Part shown: one piece after another, positions 1-15,000 of the stretch
Layout of the letters: the number at the start of each line of letters is the position of its first letter
How positions within the stretch are numbered: position 1 is the stretch's first letter
Source of the DNA: Eledone cirrhosa
Lineage: Eukaryota
NCBI GenBank assembly: GCA_964016885.1
Contig: OZ024740.1
Span: 13,950,001 to 14,014,000, forward strand
DNA: 64,000 nt
Reading direction: 5' to 3'
The notes under the pieces: generated by a model
The model's database searches: none
The model's input: the letters and a program-made list of their open reading frames with translations, nothing else
What the model was told of the DNA's origin: nothing
Program-made: the position numbers and the translations under genes

Positions 1-3000
1 GTCTTTTAGAACTGTGTATCACTGGTATACAGCCAGAGTAAGGTGTTTTAAAACTGTGTATTACTGGTATACAGCCGGAGTAAGATGTTTTAAAACCGTG
101 TATCACTGGTATACAGCCGGAGTAAGGTGTTTTAAAACTGTGTATTACTGGTATACAGCCGGAGTAAGGTGTTTTAAAACTGTGTACTACTGGTATACAG
201 CCGGAGTAAGGTGTTTTAAAACTGTGTATTATAGGTATACAGCCGGAGTAAGGTGTTTTAAAACTGTGTATTACAGGTATACAGCCGGAGTAAGGTGTTT
301 TAAAACTGTGTATTACTGGTATACAGCCGGAGTAAGGTGTTTTAAAACTGTGTATTACAGGTATACAGCCGGAGTAAGGTGTTTTAAAACTGTGTATTAC
401 AGGTATACAGCCGGAGTAAGGTGTTTTAAAACTGTGTATTACTGGTATTCAGCCGGAGTAAGGTGTTTTAAAACTGTGTATTACTGGTATACAGCCGGAG
501 TAAGGTGTTTTAAAACAGTGTATCACTGGTATACAGCTGGAGTAAGGTGTTTTAAAACTGTGTATCACTGGTATACAGCCAGAGTACGGTGTTTTAAAAC
601 TGTGTATCACTGGTATACAGCCGGTGTAAGGTGTTTTAAAAGCGTGTATCACTGGTATACAGCCGGAGTAAGGTGTTTTAAAACTGTGTATTACTGGTAT
701 ACAGCCGGAGTAAGGTGTTTTAAAACCGTGTATTACAGGTATATAGCCAGAGTAAGGCGTTTTAAAATTGTATATCACTGGTATACAGCAGGAGTAAGGT
801 GTTTTAAAACTGTATCACTGGTATACAGCCAAAGATATTTTAAAACCGTGTATTACTGGTATACAGCCAGAGTAAGGTGTTTTAAAACTGTATCACTGGT
901 ATACAGCCAAAGATATTTTAAAACTGTGTATTACAGGTATACAGCCGGAGTAAGATGTTTTAAAACTGTGTATTACTGTTATACAGCTAAAGATGTTTTA
1001 AAACCGTGTATCACTGGTATACAGCCGGAGTAAGGCGTTTTAAAACTGTGTATTACTGGTATACAGCTAAAGATGTTTTAAAACCGTGTATCACTGCTAT
1101 ACAGCCGGAGTAAGGTGTTTTAAAACTGTGTATCACTGGTATACAGCCAGAGTACGGTGTTTTAAAACTGTGTATTACTGGTATACAGCCAGAGTACGGT
1201 GTTTTAAAACAGTGTATCACTGGTATACAGCCGGAGTAAGGTGTTTTAAAACTGTGTATTGCTGGTATACAGCCGGAGTAAGGTGTTTTAAAACCGTGTA
1301 TTACTGGTATACAGCCGGAGTAAGGTGTTTTAAAACCGTGTATCACTGGTATACAGCCAAAGATGTTTTAAAACCGTGTATCACTGGTATACAGCCGGAG
1401 TAAGGTGTTTTAAAACTGTGTATTACTGGTATACAGCCGAGTAAGGTGTTTTAAAACCGTGTATTACTGGTATACAGCCGGAGTAAAGTTGTTTTAAAAC
1501 CGTGTATTACTGGTATACAGCCAGAGTAAGGTGTTTTAAAACCGTGTATCACAGGTATACAGCCGGAGTAATGTGTTTTAAAACCGTGTATCACTGGTAA
1601 ACAGCCAAAGATATTTTAAAACTGTGTATTACTGGTATACAGACGGAGTAATGTGTTTTTAAACTGTGTATCACTGGTATACAGCCAAAGATGTTTTAAA
1701 ACCGTGTATCACTGGTATACAGCCAGAGTACGGTGTTTTAGAACTGTGTATCACTGGTATACAGCCAGAGTAAGGTGTTTTAAAACCGTGTATCACTGGT
1801 ATACAGCCAGAGTACGGTGTTTTAGAACTGTGTTTCACTGGTATACAGCCGGAGTAAGATGTTTTAAAACTGTGTATCACTGGTATACAGCCAGAGTACG
1901 GTGTTTTAAAACTGTGTATCACTGGTATACAGCCGGAGTAAGGTGTTTTAAAACTGTGTATCACTGGTATACAGCCAGAGTACGGTGTTTTAGAACTGTG
2001 TATCACTGGTATACAGCCGGAGTAAGGTGTTTTAAAACCGTGTATCATTGGTATACAGCCAGAGTACGGTGTTTTAAAACTGTGTATAACTGGTATACAG
2101 CCGGAGTAAGGTGTTTTAAAACTGTGTATTACTGGTATACAGCCGGAGTAAGGTGTTTTAAAACTGTGTATTATAGGTATACAGCCGGAGTAAGGTGTTT
2201 TAAAACTGTGTATTACAGGTATACAGCCGGAGTAAGGTGTTTTAAAACTGTGTATTTCTGGTATACAGCCGGAGTAAGGTGTTTTAAAACTGTGTATTAC
2301 AAGTATACAGCCGGAGTAAGGTGTTTTAAAACCGTGCATCACTGGTATACAGCCGGAGTAAGGTGTTTTAAAACTGTGTGTCACTGGTATACAGCCGGAG
2401 TAAGGTGTTTTAAAACTGTGAATTACAGGTATACAGCCGGAGTAAGGTGTTTTAAAACTGTGTATTACAGGTATACAGCCGGAGTAAGGTGTTTTAAAAC
2501 TGTGTATCACTGGTATACAGCCAGAGTACGGTGTTTTAAAACTGTGTATTACAGGTATACAGCCGGAGTAAGGTGTTTTAAAACTGTGTATTACATGTAT
2601 ACAGACGGAGTAATGTGTTTTAAAACCGTGTATAACTGGTATACAGCCGGAGTAAGGTGTTTTAAAACTGTGTATTACTGGTATACAGCCGGAGTAAGGT
2701 GTTTTAAAACTGTGTATTACAGGTATACAGCCGGAGTAAGGTGTTTTAAAACTGTGTATTACTGGTATACAGCCGGAGTAAGGTGTTTTAAAACTGTATA
2801 TTACTGGTATACAGCCAGAGTACGGTGTTTTAAAACTGTGTATTACAGGTATACAGCCGGAGTAAGGTGTTTTAAAACTGTGTATTAAACGTATACAGCC
2901 GGAGTAAAATGTTTTAAAACTGTATCACTGGTATACAGCCGGAGTAAGGTGTTTTAAAACTGTGTATTACTGGTATACAGCCGGAGTAAGGTGTTTTAAA

Positions 3001-6000
3001 ACTGTGTATTACTGGTATGCAGGCGGAGTAAGGTGCTTTAAAACTGTGTATCACTGGTATACAGCCGGAGTAAGGTGTTTTAAAACTGTGTATCACTGGT
3101 ATACAGCCGGAGTAAGGTGTTTTAAAACCGTGTATCACTGGTATACAGCCGGAGTAAGGTGTTTTAAAACTGTGTATTACTGGTATACAGCCGGAGAATG
3201 GTGTTTTAAAACTGTGTATCACTGGTATACAGCCGGAGTAAGGTGTTTTAAAACTGTGTATTACTGGTATACAGCCGGTGTAAGGTGTTTTAAAAATGTG
3301 TATCACTGGTATACAGCCAGAGTAAGGTGTTTTAAAACTGTGTATTACAGGTATACAGCCGGAGTAAAGTGTTTTAAAACTGTGTATCACTGGTATACAG
3401 CCGGAGTAAGGTGTTTTAAAACCGTGTATCACTGGTATACAGCCGGGGTAAGGTGTTTTAAAACTGTGTATTACTGGTATACAGCCGGAGTACGACGTTT
3501 TAAAACTGTGTATTACTGGTATACAGCCGGAGTAAGGTGTTTTAAAACTGTGTATTACTGGTATACAGCCGGAGTAAGGTGTTTTAAAACTGTGTATTAC
3601 TGGTATACAGCCGGAGTACGGTGTTTTAAAACTGTGTAACACTGGTACACAGCCGGAGTACGGTGTTTTAAAACTGTGTATTACTGGTATACAGCCGGAG
3701 TAAGGTGTTTTAAAACTGTGTATCACTGGTATACAGCCGGAGTAAGGTGTTTTAAAACTGTGTATCACTGGTATACAGCCGGAGTAAGGTGTTTTAAAAC
3801 TGTGTATTACAGGTATACAGCCAGAGTACAGTGTTTTAAAACCGTGTATCACTGGTATACAACCGGAGTAAGATGTTTTAAAACTGTGTATCACTGGTAT
3901 ACAGCCAGAGTACGGTGTTTTAAAACCGGGTATCACTGGTATACAGCCAGAGTACGGTGTTTTAAAACTGTGTATCACTGGTATACAGCCGGAGTAAGGT
4001 GTTTTAAAACTGTGTATTACAGGTATACAGCCGGAGTAAGGTGTTTTAAAACTGTGTATTACTGGTATACAGCCGGAGTAAGGTGTTTTAAAACTGTGTA
4101 TTACTGGTATACAGCCGGAGTAAGGTGTTCTAAAACTGTGTATTACTGGTATACAGCCGGAGTAAGGTGTTTTAAAACTGTGTATTACAGGTATACAGCC
4201 GGAGTAAGGTGTTTTAAAACTGTGTATTTCAGGTATACAGCCGGAGTAAGGTGTTTTAAAACTGTGTATTACTGGTATACAGTCGGAGTAAGGTGTTTTA
4301 AAACTGTGTATTACAGGTATACAGCCGGAGTAAGGTGTTTTAAAACTGTATATCACTGGTATACAGCCGGAGTTAGGTGTTTTAAAACTGTGCATTACAG
4401 GTATACAGCCGGAGTAAGGTGTTTTAAAACTGTGTATCACTGGTATACAGCCGGAGTAAGGTGTTTTAAAACTGTGTATTACTGGTATACAGCCGGAGTA
4501 AGGTGTTTTAAAACGGTGTATCACTGGTATACAGCCGGAGTAAGGTGTTTTAAAACTGTGTATCACTGGTATACAGCCAGAGTACGGTGTTTTAAAACTG
4601 TGTATCACTGGTATACAGCCGGAGTAAGGTGTTTTAAAACCGTGTATCACTGGTATACAGCCGGAGTAAGGTGTTTTAAAACTGTGAATTACTGGTATAC
4701 AGCCTGAGTAAGGTGTTTTAAAACCGTGTATTACAGGTATACAGCCAGAGTAAGGCGTTTTAAATTGTATATTACTGGTATACAGCCGGAGTAAGGTGTT
4801 TTAAAACTGTATCACTGGTATACAGCCAAAGATATTTTAAAACTGTGTATTACAGGTATACAGCCGGAGTAAGTTGTTTTAAAACTGTGTATTACTGTTA
4901 TACAGCTAAAGATGTTTTAAAACCGTGTATCACTGGTATACAACCGGAGTAAGGTGTTTTAAAACTGTGTATTACTGGTATACAGCCGGAGTAAGGTGTT
5001 TTAAAACCGTGTATTACTGGTATACAGCCGGAGTAAGGTGTTTTAAAACCGTGTATTACTGGTATACAGCCGGAGTAAGGTGTTTTAAAACCGTGTATCA
5101 CTGGTATACAGCCAAATATGTTTTAAAAGCGTGTATCACTGGTATACAGCCGGAGTAAGGTGTTTTAAAACTGTGTATCACTGGTATACAGCCAGAGTAC
5201 GGTGTTTTAGAACTGTGTATCAATGGTATACAGCCAGAGTAAGATGTTTTAAAACCGTGTATCACTGGTATACAGCCAGAGTACGGTGTTTTAGAACTGT
5301 GTATCACTGGTATACAGCCGGAGTAAGGTGTTTTAAAACCGTGTATCACTGGTATACAGCCAGAGTACGGTGTTTTAGAACTGTGTATAACTGGTATACA
5401 GCCAGAGTACGGTGTTTTAGAACTGTGTATCACTGGTATACAGCCGGAGTAAGGTGTTTTAAAACTGTGTATCACTGGTATACAGCCGGAGTAAGGTGTT
5501 TTAAAACTGTGTATTACTGGTATACAGCCGGAGTAAGGTGTTTTAAAAATGTGTATCACTGGTATACAGCCAGAGTAAGGTGTTTTAAAACTGTGTATCA
5601 CTGGTATACAGCCGGAGTAAGGTGTTTTAAAACTGTGTATCACTGGTATACAGCCGGAGTAAGGTGTTTTAAAACTGTGTATCACTGGTATACAGCCGGA
5701 GTAAGGTGTTTTAAAACTGTGTATTACAGGTATACAGCCAGAGTACAGTGTTTTAAAACCGTGTATCACTGGTATACAGCCGGAGTAAGATGTTTTAAAA
5801 CTGTGTATCACTGGTATACAGCCAGAGTACGGTGTTTTAAAACCGTGTATCACTGGTATACAGCCAGAGTACGGTGTTTTAAAACTGTGTATCACTGGTA
5901 TACAGCCGGAGTAAGGTGTTTTAAAACTGTGTATTACAGGTATACAGCCGGAGTAAGGTGTTTTAAAACTGTGTATTACTGGTATACAGCCGGAGTAAGG

Positions 6001-9000
6001 TGTTTTAAAACTGTGTATTACTGGTATACAGCCGGAGTAAGGTGTTCTAAAACTGTGTATTACTGGTATACAGCCGGAGTAAGGTGTTTTAAAACTGTGT
6101 ATTACAGGTATACAGCCGGAGTAAGGTGTTTTAAAACTGTGTATTTCAGGTATACAGCCGGAGTAAGGTGTTTTAAAACTGTGTATTACTGGTATACAGC
6201 CGGAGTAAGGTGTTTTAAAACTGTGTATTGCAGGTATACAGCCGGAGTAAGGTGTTTTAAAACTGTGTATCACTGGTATACAGCCGGAGTTAGGTGTTTT
6301 AAAACTGTGCATTACAGGTATACAGCCGGAGTAAGGTGTTTTAAAACTGTGTATCACTGGTATACAGCCGGAGTTAGGTGTTTTAAAACTGTGCATTACA
6401 GGTATACAGCCGGAGTAAGGTGTTTTAAAACTGTGTATCACTGGTATACAGCCGGAGTAAGGTGTTTTAAAACTGTGTATTACTGGTATACAGCCGGAGT
6501 AAGGTGTTTTAAAACGGTGTATCACTGGTATACAGCCGGAGTAAGGTGTTTTAAAACTGTGTATCACTGGTATACAGCCAGAGTACGGTGTTTTAAAACT
6601 GTGTATCACTGGTATACAGCCGGAGTAAGGTGTTTTAAAACCGTGTATCACTGGTATACAGCCGGAGTAAGGTGTTTTAAAACTGTGAATTACTGGTATA
6701 CAGCCTGAGTAAGGTGTTTTAATACAGCCAGAGTAAGGCGTTTTAAATTGTATATTACTGGTATACAGCCGGAGTAAGGCGTTTTAAAACTGAATCACTG
6801 GTATACAGCCAAAGATATTTTAAAACCGGGTTTCACTGGTATACAGCCAGAGTAACGTGTTTTAAAACTGTATCACTGGTATACAGCCAAAGATATTTTA
6901 AAACTGTGTATTACAGGTATACAGCCGGAGTAAGTTGTTTTAAAACTGTGTATTACTGTTATACAGCTAAAGATGTTTTAAAACCGTGTATCACTGGTAC
7001 ACAGCCGGATAAGGTGTTTTAAAACTGTGTATTACTGTTATACAGCTAAAGATGTTTTAAAACCGTGTATCACTGGTATACAACCGGAGTAAGGTGTTTT
7101 AAAACTGTGTATCACTGGTATACAGCCAGAGTACGGTGTTTTAAAACTGTGTATTACTGGTATACAGCCAGAGTACGGTGTTTTAAAACAGTGTATCACT
7201 GGTATACAGCCGGAGTAAGGTGTTTTAAAACTGTGTATTACTGGTATACAGCCGGAGTAAGGTGTTTTAAAACCGTGTATTACTGGTATACAGCCGGAGT
7301 AAGGTGTTTTAAAACCGTGTATCACTGGTATACAGCCAAATATGTTTTAAAAGCGTGTATCACTGGTATACAGCCGGAGTAAGGTGTTTTAAAACTGTGT
7401 ATCACTGGTATACAGCCAGAGTACGGTGTTTTAGAACTGTGTATCAATGGTATACAGCCAGAGTAAGATGTTTTAAAACCGTGTATCACTGGTATACAGC
7501 CAGAGTACGGTGTTTTAGAACTGTGTATCACTGGTATACAGCCGGAGTAAGGTGTTTTAAAACCGTGTATCACTGGTATACAGCCAGAGTACGGTGTTTT
7601 AGAACTGTGTATAACTGGTATACAGCCAGAGTACGGTGTTTTAGAACTGTGTATCACTGGTATACAGCCGGAGTAAGGTGTTTTAAAACTGTGTATCACT
7701 GGTATACAGCCGGAGTAAGGTGTTTTAAAAATGTGTATCACTGGTATACAGCCAGAGTAAGGTGTTTTAAAACTGTGTATCACTGGTATACAGCCGGAGT
7801 AAGGTGTTTTAAAACTGTGTATCACTGGTATACAGCCGGAGTAAGGTGTTTTAAAACTGTGTATCACTGGTATACAGCCGGAGTAAGGTGTTTTAAAACT
7901 GTGTATTACAGGTATACAGCCAGAGTACAGTGTTTTAAAACCGTGTATCACTGGTATACAGCCGGAGTAAGATGTTTTAAAACTGTGTATCACTGGTATA
8001 CAGCCAGAGTACGGTGTTTAAAAACCGTGTATCACTGGTATACAGCCAGAGTACGGTGTTTTAAAACTGTGTATCACTGGTATACAGCCGGAGTAAGGTG
8101 TTTTAAAACTGTGTATTACAGGTATACAGCCGGAGTAAGGTGTTTTAAAACTGTGTATTACTGGTATACAGCCTGAGTAAGGTGTTCTAAAACTGTGTAT
8201 TACTGGTATACAGCCGGAGTAAGGTGTTTTAAAACTGTGTATTACAGGTATACAGCCGGAGTAAGGTGTTTTAAAACTGTGTATTTCAGGTATACAGCCG
8301 GAGTAAGGTGTTTTAAAACTGTGTATTACTGGTATACAGCCGGAGTAAGGTGTTTTAAAACTGTGTATTGCAGGTATACAGCCGGAGTAAGGTGTTTTAA
8401 AACTGTGTATCACTGGTATACAGCCGGAGTTAGGTGTTTTAAAACTGTGCATTACAGGTATACAGCCGGAGTAAGGTGTTTTAAAACTGTGTATCACTGG
8501 TATACAGCCGGAGTTAGGTGTTTTAAAACTGTGCATTACAGGTATACAGCCGGAGTAAGGTGTTTTAAAACTGTGTATCACTGGTATACAGCCGGAGTAA
8601 GGTGTTTTAAAACTGTGTATTACTGGTATACAGCCGGAGTAAGGTGTTTTAAAACGGTGTATCACTGGTATACAGCCGGAGTAAGGTGTTTTAAAACTGT
8701 GTATCACTGGTATACAGCCAGAGTACGGTGTTTTAAAACTGTGTATCACTGGTATACAGCCGGAGTAAGGTGTTTTAAAACCGTGTATCACTGGTATACA
8801 GCCGGAGTAAGGTGTTTTAAAACTGTGAATTACTGGTATACAGCCTGAGTAAGGTGTTTTAATACAGCCAGAGTAAGGCGTTTTAAATTGTATATTACTG
8901 GTATACAGCCGGAGTAAGGCGTTTTAAAACTGAATCACTGGTATACAGCCAAAGATATTTTAAAACCGGGTTTCACTGGTATACAGCCAGAGTAAGGTGT

Positions 9001-12000
9001 TTTAAAACTGTATCACTGGTATACAGCCAAAGATATTTTAAAACTGTGTATTACAGGTATACAGCCGGAGTAAGTTGTTTTAAAACTGTGTATTACTGTT
9101 ATACAGCTAAAGATGTTTTAAAACCGTGTATCACTGGTACACAGCCGGATAAGGTGTTTTAAAACTGTGTATTACTGGTATACAGCTAAAGATGTTTTAA
9201 AACCGTGTATCACTGGTATACAACCGGAGTAAGGTGTTTTAAAACTGTGTATCACTGGTATACAGCCAGAGTACGGTGTTTTAAAACTGTGTATTACTGG
9301 TATACAGCCAGAGTACGGTGTTTTAAAACAGTGTATCACTGGTATACAGCCGGAGTAAGGTGTTTTAAAACTGTGTATTACTGGTATACAGCCGGAGTAA
9401 GGTGTTTTAAAACCGTGTATTACTGGTATACAGCCGGAGTAAGGTGTTTTAAAACCGTGTATCACTGGTATACAGCCAAATATGTTTTAAAAGCGTGTAT
9501 CACTGGTATACAGCCGGAGTAAGGTGTTTTAAAACTGTGTATCACTGGTATACAGCCAGAGCACGGTGTTTTAAAACTGTGTATCACTTGTATACAGCCA
9601 GAGTACGGTGTTTTAAAACTGTGTATTACTGGTATACAGCCAGAGTACGGTGTTTTAAAACAGTGTATCACTGGTATACAGCCGGAGTAAGGTGTTTTAA
9701 AACTGTGTATTACTGGTATACAGCCGGAGTAAGGTGTTTTAAAACCGTGTATTACTGGTATACAGCCGGAGTAAGGTGTTTTAAAACCGTGTATCACTGG
9801 TATACAGCCAGAGTAAGGTGTTTTAAAACCGTGTATCACAGGTATACAGCCGGAGTAATGTGTTTTAAAACCGTGTATCGCTGGTATACAGCCAAAGATA
9901 TTTTAAAACTGTGTATTACTGGTATACAGCCAGAGTAATGTGTTTTAAAACTGTGTATCACTGGTATACAGCTAAAGATGTTTTAAAACCGTGTATCACT
10001 GGTATACAGCCAGAGTACGGTGTTTTAGAACTGTGTATCACTGGTATACAGCCGGAGTAAGGTGTTTTAAAACTGTGTATCACTGGTATACCGCCGGAGT
10101 AAGGTGTTTTAAAACTGTGTATTACTGGTATACAGCCGGAGTAAGGTGTTTTAAAAATGTGTATCACTGGTATACAGCCAGAGTAAGGTGTTTTAAAACT
10201 GTGTATTACAGGTATACAGCCGGAGTAAAGTGTTTTAAAACTGTGTATCACTGGTATACAGCCGGAGTAAGGTGTTTTAAAACCGTGTATCACTGGTATA
10301 CAGCCGGGGTAAGGTGTTTTAAAACTGTGTATTACTGGTATACAGCCGGAGTACGGTGTTTTAAAACTGTGTATTACTGGTATACAGCCGGAGTAAGGTG
10401 TTTTAAAACTGTGTATTACTGGTATACAGCCGGAGTAAAGTGTTTTAAAACTGTGTATTACTGGTATACAGCCGGAGTAAGGTGTTTTAAAACTGTGTAT
10501 TACAGGTATACAGCCGGAGTAAGGTGTTTTAAAACTGTGTATTACTGGTATACAGCCAGAGTAAGGTGTTTTAAAACTGTGTATCACTGGTATACAGCCG
10601 GAGTAAGGTGTTTTAAAACTGTGTATCACTGGTATACAGCCGGAGTAAGGTGTTTTAAAACTGTGTATTACAGGTATACAGCCGGAGTAAGGTGTTTTAA
10701 AACTGTGTATCACTGGTATACAGCCAGAGTAAGGTGTTTTAAAACTGTGTATCACTGGTATACAGCCGGAGTAAGGTGTTTTAAAACTGTGTATCACTGG
10801 TATACAGCCGGAGTAAGGTGTTTTAAAACTGTGTATTACAGGTATACAGCCAGAGTACAGTGTTTTAAAACCGTGTATCACTGGTATACAGCCGGAGTTA
10901 GGTGTTTTAAAACTGTGCATTACAGGTATACAGCCGGAGTAAGGTGTTTTAAAACCGTGTATCACTGGTATACAGCCAGAGTACGGTGTTTTAAAACTGT
11001 GTATCACTGGTTTACAGCCGGAGTAAGGTGTTTTAAAACCGTGTATCACTGGTATACAGCCGGAGTAAGGTGATTTAAAACTGTGAATTACTGGTATACA
11101 GCCAGAGTAAGGCGTTTTAAATTGTATATTACTGGTATACAGCTGGAGTAAGGTGTTTTAAAACTGTATCACTGGTATACAGCCAAAGATATTTTAAAAC
11201 CGGGTTTCACTGGTATACAGCCAGAGTAAGGTGTTTTAAAACTGTATCACTGGTATAAAGCCAAAGATATTTTAAAACTGTGTATTACAGGTATACAGCC
11301 GGAGTAAGTTGTTTTAAAACTGTGTATTACTGTTATACAGCTAAAGATGTTTTAAAACCGTGTATCACTGGTATACAGCCGGATAAGGTGTTTTAAAACT
11401 GTGTATTACTGGTATACAGCTAAAGATGTTTTAAAACCGTGTATCACTGGTATACAACCGGAGTAAGGTGTTTTAAAACTGTGTATCACTGGTATACAGC
11501 CAGAGTACGGTGTTTTAAAACTGTGTATTACTGGTATACAGCCGGAGTAAGGTGTTTTAAAACCGTGTATTAATGGTATACAGCCGGAGTAAGGTGTTTT
11601 AAAACCGTGTAACACTGGTATACAGCCAAATATGTTTTAAAAGCGTGTATCACTGGTATACAGCCGGAGTAAGGTGTTTTAAAACTGTGTATCACTGGTA
11701 TACAGCCAGAGTACGGTGTTTTAAAACTGTGTATTACTGGTATACAGCCAGAGTACGGTGTTTTAAAACAGTGTATCACTGGAATACAGCCGGAGTAAGG
11801 TGTTTTAAAACTGTGTATTACTGGTATACAGCCGGAGTAAGGTGTTTTAAAACCGTGTATTACTGGTATACAGCCGGAGTAAGGTGTTTTAAAACCGTGT
11901 ATCACTGGTATACAGCCAAATATGTTTTAAAAGCGTGTATCACTGGTATACAGCCGGAGTAAGGTGTTTTAAAACTGTGTATTACTGGTATACAGCCGAG

Positions 12001-15000
12001 TACGGTGTTTTAAAACCGTGTATCACTGGTATACAGCCAGAGTACGGTGTTTTAAAACTGTGTATCACTGGTATACAGCCGGAGTTAGGTGTTTTAAAAC
12101 TGTGCATTACAGGTATACAGCCGGAGTAAGGTGTTTTAAAACCGTGTATCACTGGTATACAGCCAGAGTACGGTGTTTTAAAACTGTGTATCACTGGTTT
12201 ACAGCCGGAGTAAGGTGTTTTAAAACCGTGTATCTCTGGTATACAGCCGGAGTAAGGTGATTTAAAACTGTGAATTACTGGTATACAGCCAGAGTAAGGC
12301 GTTTTAAATTGTATATTACTGGTATACAGCCGGAGTAAGGTGTTTTAAAACTGTATCACTGGTATACAGCCAAAGATATTTTAAAACCGGGTTTCACTGG
12401 TATACAGCCAGAGTAAGGTGTTTTAAAACTGTATCACTGGTATACAGCCAAAGATATTTTAAAACTGTGTATTACAGGTATACAGCCGGAGTAAGTTGTT
12501 TTAAAACTGTGTATTACTGTTATACAGCTAAAGATGTTTTAAAACCGTGTATCACTGGTATACAGCCGGATAAGGTGTTTTAAACTGTGTATTACTGGTA
12601 TACAGCTAAAGATGTTTTAAAACCGTGTATCACTGGTATACAACCGGAGTAAGGTGTTTTAAAACTGTGTATCACTGGTATACAGCCAGAGTACGGTGTT
12701 TTAAAACTGTGTATTACTGGTATACAGCCGGAGTAAGGTGTTTTAAAACCGTGTATTAATGGTATACAGCCGGAGTAAGGTGTTTTAAAACCGTGTAACA
12801 CTGGTATACAGCCAAATATGTTTTAAAAGCGTGTATCACTGGTATACAGCCGGAGTAAGGTGTTTTAAAACTGTGTATCACTGGTATACAGCCAGAGTAC
12901 GGTGTTTTAAAACTGTGTATTACTGGTATACAGCCAGAGTACGGTGTTTTAAAACAGTGTATCACTGGAATACAGCCGGAGTAAGGTGTTTTAAAACTGT
13001 GTATTACTGGTATACAGCTGGAGTAGGTGTTTTAAAACCGTGTATTACTGGTATACAGCCGGAGTAAGGTGTTTTAAAACCGTGTATCACTGGTATACAG
13101 CCAAATATGTTTTAAAAGCGTGTATCACTGGTATACAGCCGGAGTAAGGTGTTTTAAAACTGTGTATTACTGGTATACAGCCGAGTAAGGTGTTTTAAAA
13201 CCGTGTATTACTGGTATACAGCCGGAGTAAAGTGTTTTAAAACCGTGTATTACTGGTATACAGCCAGAGTAAGGTGTTTTAAAACCGTGTATCACAGGTA
13301 TACAGCCGGAGTAATGTGTTTTAAAACCGTGTATCGCTGGTATACAGCCAAAGATATTTTAAAACTGTGTATTACTGGTATACAGCCGGAATAATGTGTT
13401 TTAAAACTGTGTATCACTGGTATACAGCTAAAGATGTTTTAAAACCGTGTATCACAGGTATACAGCCAGAGTACGGTGTTTTAGAAGTGTGTATCACTGG
13501 TATACAGCCAGAGTAAGATGTTTTAAAACCGTGTATCACTGGTATACAGCCAGAGTACGGTGTTTTAGAACTGTGTATCACTCGTATACAGCCGGAGTAA
13601 GGTGTTTTAAAACCGTGTATCACTGGTATACAGCCAGAGTACGGTGTTTTAGAACTGTGTATCACTGGTATACAGCCGGAGTAAGATGTTTTAAAACTGT
13701 GTATCACTGGTATACAGCCAGAGTACGGTGTTTTAAAACTGTGTATAACTGGTATACAGCCAGAGTACGGTGTTTTAGAACTGTGTATCACTGGTATACA
13801 GCCGGAGTAAGGTGTTTTAGAACTGTGTATCACTGGTATACAGCCGGAGTAAGGTGTTTTAAAACTGTGTATCACTGGTATACAGCCAGAGTACGGTGTT
13901 TTAGAACTGTGTATCACTGGTATACAGCCGGAGTAAGGTGTTTTAAAACCGTGTATCACTGGTATACAGCCAGAGTACGGTGTTTTAGAACTGTGTATCA
14001 CTGGTATACAGCCGGAGTAAGGTGTTTTAAAACTGTGTATGACTGGTATACAGCCAGAGTACGGTGTTTTAAAACTGTGTATAACTGGTATAAAGCCGGA
14101 GTAAGGTGTTTTAAAACTGTGTATCACTGGTATACAGCCGGAGTAAGGTTTTTTTAAAACTGTGTATAACTGGTATACAGCCAGAGTACGGTGTTTTAAA
14201 ACTGTGTATCACTGGTATACAGCCTGAGTAAGGTGTTTTAAAACTGTGTATCACTGGTATACAGCCGGAGTAAGGTGTTTTAAAACTGTGTATTACTGGT
14301 ATACAGCCGGAGTAAGGTGTTTTAGAACTGTGTATCACTGGTATACAGCCAAAGATATTTTAAAACCGTGTATCACTGGTATACAGCGAGAGTAAGGTGT
14401 TTGAAAACTGTGTATTACTGGTATAAAGCCGGAGTAAGATGTTTTAAAACCGTGTATCACTGGTATACAGCCGGAGTAAGGTGTTTTAAAACTGTGTATT
14501 ACTGGTATACAGCCGGTGTAAGGTGTTTTAAAACTGTGTATTACAGGTATACAGCCGGAGTAAGGTGTTTTAAAACTGTGTATTACTGGTATACAGCCGG
14601 AGTAAGGTGTTTTGAAACTGTGTATTACAGGTATACAGCCGGAGTAAGGTGTTTTAAAACTGTGTATTACAGGTATACAGCCGGAGTAAGGTGTTTTAAA
14701 ACTGTGTATTACTGGTATTCAGCCGGAGTAAGGTGTTTTAAAACTGTGTATTACTGGTATACAGCCGGAGTAAGGTGTTTTAAAACAGTGTATCACTGGT
14801 ATACAGCCGGAGTAAGGTGTTTTAAAACTGTGTATCACTGGTATACAGCCAGAGTACGGTGTTTTAAAACTGTGTATCACTGGTATACAGCCGGAGTAAG
14901 GTGTTTTAAAACCGTGTATCACTGGTATACAGCCGGAGTAAGGTGTTTTAAAACTGTGTATTACTGGTATACAGCCGGAGTAAGGTGTTTTAAAACCGTG